Shown: positions 58,019-64,000 of the stretch, one piece after another
How positions within the stretch are numbered: position 1 is the stretch's first letter
Layout: every line of letters starts with the position of its first letter
Source of the DNA: Chloroflexota bacterium
GTDB lineage: Bacteria; Chloroflexota; Dehalococcoidia; GIF9; AB-539-J10
Assembly: GCA_013388845.1 (NCBI GenBank)
Contig: JACAEN010000026.1
Location: forward strand, 101,328 to 165,327
Length of the DNA: 64,000 nt
Direction: 5' to 3'
The notes under the pieces: model-generated
Database searches by the model: none
What the model saw: only the letters and a program-made list of their open reading frames with translations
What the model was told of the DNA's origin: nothing
Translations under genes and position numbers: made by a program

Positions 58019-58601
58019 AAGAAAAGCAAAAGTAGTTCGTGAGACTGCCGAGACGACTGTCAGGGTGGAACTGAACATCGACGGCAGCGGACAATTTCAA
58101 ATCACCACCGGCATAAGGATGTTCGACCACCTGCTTAGCCAGCTAGCTCAGCACGGAGTATTTGACATAAAAATCTCAGCCTCGGGTCCCGACCAGCATC
58201 ACGTAGTTGAGGATGTGGCTATCTCTTTGGGCAAAGCTTTTAACCAGGCATTGGGGAAAAAACAGGGCATTGTTCGTATGGCACATGCTATCGTGCCTAT
58301 GGATGAGGCTCTGGCACAGGTAGCAGTGGATATCGGTGGCAGAGTTTACAGCACAATCGAGGCAGACTTTAACGAAGCCAGCATAGGCGACATGGATGCT
58401 GATTTGATACGGCATTTTCTGGTCTCCCTGGCCTCCGAAGCCAAAATTAACCTCCATGCCAAAGTGCTCAGTGGCATCAACGACCATCACAAAGCCGAAG
58501 CCTTGTTCAAAGCCCTGGGCCGCGCCCTTGACTCCGCCACCCGCATCGACGAGCGCATCTCTGGCAGAGTGCCCAGCACCAAAGAGGTCATTGAGGGATA
58601 A
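58011..58601 (+). CDS. hisB: Imidazoleglycerol-phosphate dehydratase
   Basis: …RETAETTVRVELNIDGSG…, …DHHVVEDVAI…, …[19 protein letters not shown]…. Confidence 0.9.
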   Translation: MAERKAKVVRETAETTVRVELNIDGSGQFQITTGIRMFDHLLSQLAQHGVFDIKISASGPDQHHVVEDVAISLGKAFNQALGKKQGIVRMAHAIVPMDEALAQVAVDIGGRVYSTIEADFNEASIGDMDADLIRHFLVSLASEAKINLHAKVLSGINDHHKAEALFKALGRALDSATRIDERISGRVPSTKEVIEG

Positions 58602-58628
58602 TAAGGAATCCCTATATTGGAGATTTGG

Positions 58629-58934
58629 ATGAAAAAGAATATGAAAACGCTTGACGAAATAAAAAGTATTTTGGCACGGCATAAGAAAGAGTTAGCAGAT
58701 AGGTATAAAGTTAAAGAGATAGGCATATTTGGTTCGTACGTCAAAGGTGAGGAAAGAAGGAAGAGCGATGTAGATATCTTGGTGGAGTTTGAAGAACCCA
58801 TTGGGCTTTTTAAATTTATGGATTTAGAGAGGCATTTAACTGAACTCGTGGGTGAAAGGGTGGACTTGGTTATGAAAACTGCATTAAAACCCAGAATAGG
58901 GAGACGCATTTTGGAGGAAGTTAAATATATATGA
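58629..58934 (+). CDS. mntA: MntA-type minimal nucleotidyltransferase (type VII antitoxin)
   Basis: GS…D(x)D nucleotidyltransferase motif (IGIFGSYVKGEERRKSDVDILV). Overlaps the downstream hepT by 4 nt. Confidence 0.75.
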   Translation: MKKNMKTLDEIKSILARHKKELADRYKVKEIGIFGSYVKGEERRKSDVDILVEFEEPIGLFKFMDLERHLTELVGERVDLVMKTALKPRIGRRILEEVKYI

Positions 58935-59278
58935 AAAAGCGAGAATATGGCGACTATCTTGAGGATATTTCAGACTCTATAGATGCTATTGAAGAATTCG
59001 TAAAAGGGATGGAATTCGAAGATTTTACTAAAGACAGGAAAACGATTTTCGCTGTAGTAAGATGCATTGAGATTATTGGGGAAGCGACAAAGAACATCCC
59101 GAAATCAATTAAAAGTAAATGTCCAGAAATTCCCTGGAAAGATATAGCTGGTATGCGGGATAAGGTCATTCATGAATATTTTGGAGTTGACTTGAAGGTC
59201 GTCTGGAAGACCGTAAAGGAAGACATCCCGCCGATTAAGTCGTTAATTCAAAATGCATTAAAATACCTAGGCGAATAA
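58931..59278 (+). CDS. hepT: HepT-like (DUF86) RNase toxin
   Basis: Rx4HxY motif in …GMRDKVIHEYF…. Confidence 0.8.
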   Translation: MKKREYGDYLEDISDSIDAIEEFVKGMEFEDFTKDRKTIFAVVRCIEIIGEATKNIPKSIKSKCPEIPWKDIAGMRDKVIHEYFGVDLKVVWKTVKEDIPPIKSLIQNALKYLGE

Positions 59279-59342
59279 ACCATGGCAGGGCAATTTTTAC
59301 TGGACTCAGTTGAAGATGAGGTCTATATCCCTGTGTTTCCTT

Positions 59343-59490
59343 CGCCTCCGAAGCCAAAATTAACCTCCATGCCAAAGTGCTTAGCGGCATCAACGACCAC
59401 CACAAAGCCAAAGCCTTGGACTCAGCCACCTGCATTGACGAGCGCATCCTGGGCCGGGTTCCCAGCACCAAAGAGCTTATCGAGGGGTAA
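59343..59490 (+). pseudogene. Duplicated 3' end of hisB (remnant, with an internal deletion of about 27 nt)
   Basis: Direct repeat of 58430-58604. It translates to …[47 protein letters not shown]. The authentic hisB end is …[55 protein letters not shown]. Confidence 0.7.
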
Positions 59491-59558
59491 GCGAGTACGA
59501 AAATCCTGCTTGGAGAGTGCACACTGATGGGCCCGAATGAGAGAGGAGGGACTGTAAT

Positions 59559-60020
59559 TTGCCACAATACTTGACCAAAGCAGGGGAAGAGCAAATCCGG
59601 AAGATGCTTGACTGCCTAGCGGGAAAGTTTAAGCTCTCTTCTTCGCGGAAGGAAAGCTATTTTCGCAATATGGGTTATTACTTGGATAGGCTGTGGTATA
59701 TAATGATAGAAAGTGAGGAGATACCGTTGGTGGCTTTCGAGATAGAGAAGGGAATTCCAAGTAATGAAAGAATTCGCAAAGACATCTTTAATATAGCGCT
59801 GAGCAGGGCACCAAAGGGTTATCTAATCACTGCTCACAAAAAGATACTAGCAAGTGCACAACACAATGGTGGAACTTGGGAGACTTGGTATAGAGACCAT
59901 TTTTTCGAAGCCTTTGACAACTACCGTAAGCCCTTTGTTTCTTGGTGCGATATACAGGTGGTTGATGCAGACATGTTCCTGTCTTCCGGCTCTCTGAGAA
60001 AATCCGTTGTATATCCATAG
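59559..60020 (+). CDS. Hypothetical protein (153 aa)
   Basis: TTG start with RBS GAGAGGAGGG 8 nt upstream. No recognisable motif. Confidence 0.4.
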   Translation: MPQYLTKAGEEQIRKMLDCLAGKFKLSSSRKESYFRNMGYYLDRLWYIMIESEEIPLVAFEIEKGIPSNERIRKDIFNIALSRAPKGYLITAHKKILASAQHNGGTWETWYRDHFFEAFDNYRKPFVSWCDIQVVDADMFLSSGSLRKSVVYP

Positions 60021-60043
60021 TATAGTGATTAGTGGGTGCAAAA

Positions 60044-60361
60044 ATGTCCAGATGCCCAGTGTGTGGGAAAGACCCATGTATAAAAATGTTCTTCTTGAAC
60101 AAGGCTCTAGACTTGTATAGGAATGCTTGCGAAGAAGGAGTGGTAATGTGTCCACAATGCGGGAGCGAGGGATATGTTGGTGAAACGGAACCGTGTCCAA
60201 GGTGCCGAGAGCATGGTTATCCCCCGCCAAGCGCAACCTGCCCAATTTGCAAAAGCCGCGGATGGATAAGTCTGGGCTCCAAAGTTTGCCCACTTTGCAA
60301 AGGAGCCGGCGAAGTCAGCCCGGCTGTAGCTGCCTCTTATAGGGCTAGACCGCCTTTGTAG
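60044..60361 (+). CDS. Small protein with DnaJ-type CxxCxGxG zinc-finger repeats
   Basis: CPVCGKD, CPQCGSEGYVG, CPRCREHGY, CPICKSRGWI, CPLCKGAGEV. Confidence 0.45.
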   Translation: MSRCPVCGKDPCIKMFFLNKALDLYRNACEEGVVMCPQCGSEGYVGETEPCPRCREHGYPPPSATCPICKSRGWISLGSKVCPLCKGAGEVSPAVAASYRARPPL

Positions 60362-60488
60362 TTTGTGGATTATGTCTCACTCGGGCGAATCCTTGTCCTT
60401 CTCCAGTTTGGAGCACTCGGCAGCAGTAGGCAACGGAGCCAAACCATCTATCACAGCTGGTCCTATACAATAGAAAACTGATGCCTAG

Positions 60489-60547
60489 CCTGCGTCGTGC
60501 TATTGGTCAAAGCTATAATGAGCTAGAAATCGACAAAAGTTCGGATT
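60489..60547 (+). repeat. 58 bp direct repeat, copy 1 (contains TATAAT)
   Basis: cctgcgtcgtgctattggtcaaagctataatgagctagaaatcgacaaaagttcggatt is about 93% identical to 61061-61119. Confidence 0.8.
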
Positions 60548-60637
60548 CCCCCCGGCGCGGGGAGCAAGTTTGCTTTTTCCAAATCTTACAGATGCAAAAT
60601 GGCCTGAATTGAGATGTTAGACATCTAGGAGGAGTTA

Positions 60638-61048
60638 ATGCCCAATAGACCAATGAGTCCTGCATTGTTTGAGAGAAAAGCCCGTGATGCTTTCAACAGA
60701 AATGAGGGTACAAACGCGCAAAAGTCTAATGTTACTGTCGGGAAAAAGCAGCATGAGTTTGATTTATACGAACAAGGGGTTGTCGTTGGTGGGATAAGCA
60801 CCTCACCTTGGCTAAATAGAACACCTAAACGCACAAGCAACAGCGGTGGCCAAAACAGGGTGGCGGCGGAATTATTGTGGCTTCACTTTTGCAGGTCTGC
60901 CAAAAGAAAGGTTCTAATTCTCAAAGAGAAAGACATGGCAGACGGCATTAATAACAGATTTGGTGGAAACGGTTTCTTTAGCCCTGCGATAGAAGTTTGG
61001 CTTTATGACCCAACGGCTGATACTATTGCTCACTACTCAGACTTGTAA
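60638..61048 (+). CDS. Hypothetical protein (136 aa) bracketed by the 58 bp direct repeats
   Basis: RBS AGGAGG, 6 nt, then ATG. No recognised domain. Confidence 0.4.
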   Translation: MPNRPMSPALFERKARDAFNRNEGTNAQKSNVTVGKKQHEFDLYEQGVVVGGISTSPWLNRTPKRTSNSGGQNRVAAELLWLHFCRSAKRKVLILKEKDMADGINNRFGGNGFFSPAIEVWLYDPTADTIAHYSDL

Positions 61049-61060
61049 CAGTCCAGCGAG

Positions 61061-61119
61061 CTTGCGTCGTGCTGTTGGTCGAAGCTATAATGAGCCAGAA
61101 ATCGACAAAAGTTCGGATT
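61061..61119 (+). repeat. 58 bp direct repeat, copy 2
   Basis: cttgcgtcgtgctgttggtcgaagctataatgagccagaaatcgacaaaagttcggatt. Confidence 0.8.
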
Positions 61120-61199
61120 TTCTCCCAAGCCAGGGGACAGCATTCCCAGCCTGCTGCTTAAGCGGTAACTCTACTTTTATATATAATATTGGGAAGGTC

Positions 61200-62000
61200 G
61201 TGAGCAAGGTAATCTTGGTGAACCGTGTCTTCAGGATATTCATCGTGATGCTCTTGGCGTTGCTGGGAGCGGTTTTTGTTTTGTCTTGCAATTCGAATGT
61301 CATTCCAGTCTATACATATAACATAACCAATATCTACCCACATGACCGCAATGCTTTCACTCAAGGACTGATTTTCGACGATGGCTTTCTATATGAAGGG
61401 ACAGGGCTTTCTGGGCAATCCTCGTTGCGTAGAGTGGAGCTGGAGACTGGAGAAATCTTGCAAATTTATGAGCTCCCCGAGCAGTTTTTCGGTGAAGGCA
61501 TAACTATTTATGAGGACAAGATCATCCAGCTGACTTGGCAGTCGCACGTTGGGTTTGTCTATGACAAAGATAGTTTTGAGATACTACAGGAGTTCAATTA
61601 TTCAACTGAAGGCTGGGGTATTACGCATGATGGAGAGCGCTTAATCATGAGTGACGGCACGTCAACATTGCATTTCTTAGACCCGCACACCTTTGAGAAA
61701 ATCGGCGAGATTGAGGTATTTGATAACCGTGGTCCTGTAACCAGACTCAATGAATTAGAATATGTCCAGGGGGAAATCTATGCCAATGTCTGGCAGACTG
61801 ACCGCATCGCAATCATTGCACCTGAGACAGGTCGAGTGATTGGGTGGATAGACCTGGCGGGGCTCTTGACTGAGGAAGACCGTAGCCAGCCGGTCGATGT
61901 TTTGAATGGCATTGCGTATGATGCAGAGAATGACCGCTTGTTTGTGACCGGAAAGTTGTGGCCTAAGCTCTTTGAGATTGAAATAGTTTCTCCAGAATAG
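61200..62000 (+). CDS. Glutaminyl-peptide cyclotransferase (plant/bacterial beta-propeller type), lipoprotein
   Basis: …FTQGLIFDDGFLYEGTGLSGQSSLRRVELETGEIL…FGEGIT…. Signal peptide plus VLSC lipobox. The start is uncertain: a GTG at 61200, or the ATG of MLLALL… further downstream. Confidence 0.65.
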   Translation: MSKVILVNRVFRIFIVMLLALLGAVFVLSCNSNVIPVYTYNITNIYPHDRNAFTQGLIFDDGFLYEGTGLSGQSSLRRVELETGEILQIYELPEQFFGEGITIYEDKIIQLTWQSHVGFVYDKDSFEILQEFNYSTEGWGITHDGERLIMSDGTSTLHFLDPHTFEKIGEIEVFDNRGPVTRLNELEYVQGEIYANVWQTDRIAIIAPETGRVIGWIDLAGLLTEEDRSQPVDVLNGIAYDAENDRLFVTGKLWPKLFEIEIVSPE

Positions 62001-62179
62001 CAGAGTTTCCAGGTGAAAGAATTCCCGGCATACTTGACAATAGCTACATACCTGTTTATAATACAAAATACCTAGTAAAGCGAGGTAATTTAAAAAACCG
62101 AGGATTACCGGGAGTTGATGAGTGCCTAGGGGTAGTAGAGGTGACATCGCTCTTGGAGGTAATTCGAGGGTAACGCTGG

Positions 62180-63580
62180 ATGAAAGAGCCGCATACGGTG
62201 CGTCGCTTGGGAGACCTAGCCCGAGCCATCGCTTATCGGCAGGCGTTAATCAGGCATGAGTGCTGGCCCCGCGCCAGACTGGAAGAGTTACAGCAGCGCC
62301 GGCTGGCTGACCTTCTTAATTGGGTAACTCAAAAGTCTCCCTTTTACCGTGAGTTCTGTCGCGCACATCGGCTGGGTCCACCCTATAGTCTCCCGGATTT
62401 CCCGATTCTGGACAAGAAAACCTACATGAAACACTTCGATGAGATTGTCACTGACCCTCGCTTGCGCCTCTCCGAATTACAGGAACACACGGCTCACGTT
62501 TCCGGCGATGAGTATTACCTGGGCAAGTATCGTGTGCTTACTACGGCGGGTAGCTCCGGGCAGAAAACGGTGATGGTCTTCAATCGCAAAGAATGGAGCA
62601 TTCAGGAGGCGGCTAGCATGAGAATTGCCGGCATGATGGGAGTGGTTCCCTTCTCACTGAGACGCCCTACCATTGTGACCATTGGCTCTCCCAGTCCTCT
62701 GCACGATAGTTATCGTCTCCCCCTGAGCATGAATGTTGGCCTTTATCGCTATTACGTGCTACCGGCTACTGCGCCTGTCGAGGAACTGGTTCAGCAATTG
62801 AATTCTATTCAACCCCACGTCCTTCGTGGTTTTCCGTCCATGCTGGGGCTGCTTGTGACAGAGCAGCTTCAAGGGCGCTTGAATATTAATCCCTGTATTA
62901 TCGCGGGTGGTGGCGAACCGCTAACCAGCGAATTAAGGAAGCAACTACAGGCTGCGTGGCCAAAAAGCTCTGTCTTTGACATCTATGGCACTCAGGAGGG
63001 ACTCCGCGCTATGGAGTGCAACCCTAGCCAGGGGCTGCACATCTTCGAAGATTTAGGCATTGTTGAAGTAGTGGATGAGAATAACCGCCCTGTGCCCGAT
63101 GGGACTCTAGGGCATAAGATTCTATTTACCAGCCTCTTCGGCTTTACCCAGCCCGTCATCCGCTACGAAATATCTGATATGGTGGTGCTGGCTTCCGAGC
63201 CATGCCCCTGTGGCCAGCCCTTCCGACGTATTCTGGCCATCAACGGCAGGAATGACGATGTTCTCTACCTTAAAGGTCGAGCGGGAAGACAGGTTGCGGT
63301 TCACCCTGTCCATTTTTGGAACGTTCTGGAAAGCTTCGCGGATATACGGCAGTATCAGGTGGTCCATGAGCCGGATGGTATCTGCTTGCGGCTGATGTTA
63401 GAGGAAGGGAATGGACATGTAGCTCGTAACGTCCGGGAACAGATGGCGCGGAAGTTACGTGCCTTGGGCGTTGAGCGCCCGTCTATCCGTGTGGAACTGG
63501 TCACTGCGCTGGAAGACCGCTCGCGGCATATGGGGAAGTGGAAGAACATCATCTCCAACGTAAACCAATCAAGTCAGTAG
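62180..63580 (+). CDS. Phenylacetate-CoA ligase-like (PaaK/CapK/F390-synthetase family) adenylate-forming enzyme
   Basis: …LTTAGSSGQKTVMVFNRKEW… is the AMP-binding P-loop equivalent. Size and domain order fit PaaK. Confidence 0.65.
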   Translation: MKEPHTVRRLGDLARAIAYRQALIRHECWPRARLEELQQRRLADLLNWVTQKSPFYREFCRAHRLGPPYSLPDFPILDKKTYMKHFDEIVTDPRLRLSELQEHTAHVSGDEYYLGKYRVLTTAGSSGQKTVMVFNRKEWSIQEAASMRIAGMMGVVPFSLRRPTIVTIGSPSPLHDSYRLPLSMNVGLYRYYVLPATAPVEELVQQLNSIQPHVLRGFPSMLGLLVTEQLQGRLNINPCIIAGGGEPLTSELRKQLQAAWPKSSVFDIYGTQEGLRAMECNPSQGLHIFEDLGIVEVVDENNRPVPDGTLGHKILFTSLFGFTQPVIRYEISDMVVLASEPCPCGQPFRRILAINGRNDDVLYLKGRAGRQVAVHPVHFWNVLESFADIRQYQVVHEPDGICLRLMLEEGNGHVARNVREQMARKLRALGVERPSIRVELVTALEDRSRHMGKWKNIISNVNQSSQ

Positions 63581-63614
63581 CCGCGGATTAAAAATGAGTT
63601 ACCAAGGTGGTACA

Positions 63615-64000
63615 TGACGTCTTCTTTATTAGGAGCTATTATACGGGCCCTATTGCCTATCATAAACAAAGTTCACACAATAGCTCTTGGTATCAAGCCT
63701 CTGGGCCGAGACAGCATCATCTGCATTGAGGTAAGACGTCACAAGGGCTGTCCTATCAAGCTGGAAGATGGTTGTGAGGTCAAGCCTGGCGACCTTGTCA
63801 TCAAACTGCATTTGAATAATGCCTGGATTGTCAAGAGATGGCGGTCAAGCTCAGGGTCAGGGATGAGAGGTTTCCCGCGGGGACTTATCTACTACTTCAA
63901 AGAAAGCTTGCAACTCCTGGCCCGAGAAGTAGCTGATGGGAAATATGGTGGCGTCGTTGCCGTATATGGCTGGACTGCCTTTCATATTCACGCCGGGCGG
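63615..64000 (+). CDS. Hypothetical protein, N-terminal part; runs off the window end
   Basis: Open frame from the ATG at 63615 to the window edge. No recognised motif. Confidence 0.3.

Noticed and set aside
60489-60547. Integron attC interpretation of the 58 bp repeat
   Set aside because: The repeat has no convincing internal imperfect palindrome with GTTRRRY cores, and there is no intI gene nearby. It is reported only as a direct repeat.

Overview
This 64 kb window looks like a chromosomal segment from a strictly anaerobic bacterium (about 48-50% GC). The gene content is archaeal-flavoured (SepRS/SepCysS, Thi4, DhnA-type aldolase, COG1900/NIL-ferredoxin), which suggests a Chloroflexi/Dehalococcoidia-like organism, but that is inference only. 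Gene order from the start of the window:
- Coordinates 1-16000: a partial LacD/YihT-family aldolase and a truncated sugar-kinase fragment; dnaN; an OmpR-type two-component pair; a decayed transposase remnant; a large PQQ-repeat (tandem beta-propeller) surface protein with a CFIATAAYG-type C-terminal anchor; a RimI-like GNAT; a minus-strand operon carrying the indirect Cys-tRNA pathway (SepRS plus SepCysS) with cinA-C/DUF4342; an MBL hydrolase; an orphan radical-SAM/SPASM enzyme; an orphan 5S rRNA with a patch of short hairpin repeats.
- Coordinates 16000-23400: a DhnA class I aldolase, a zinc-dependent alcohol dehydrogenase, a THEP1-type NTPase and canonical cysS.
- Coordinates 23400-48800: a long run of sulfur-metabolism genes. 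It opens with a CymR-like Rrf2 regulator (promoter plus palindromic operator) heading cysK - Cys-type Thi4 - cysE - a transsulfuration PLP enzyme - a MacB-like ABC transporter, followed by a lipoprotein and a PKD-repeat protein. It continues with a ThrC/MetM-like PLP enzyme + standalone NIL domain + E1-like activator + ThiS/MoaD carrier that has a post-GG extension; two tandem iscS-iscU pairs with a CoA-binding protein, a ferredoxin and a zinc ribbon; TusA + DsrE-like; ArsM-like methyltransferase + DUF318/ArsP-like permease with an embedded YHS domain; a small Cys-rich ORF; a second E1 + MoaD + MOSC + FdhD; nadA; cutA; a His-type Thi4; and the methanogen-type homocysteine genes COG1900 + NIL-ferredoxin + COG2122.
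- Coordinates 48800-64000: pyrD; a stomatin/NfeD trio; a his operon (hisZ, an unusual tandem-fused double hisG, hisD, hisC, hisB) interrupted after hisB by a MntA/HepT toxin-antitoxin module flanked by a duplicated hisB 3' end; a small accessory islet of hypothetical genes, one of them bracketed by 58 bp direct repeats; a glutaminyl cyclase; a PaaK-like ligase.
A family of AT-rich intergenic repeats of about 150-200 bp occurs four times between coordinates 47000 and 57000.
No CRISPR array and no tRNA gene were found.
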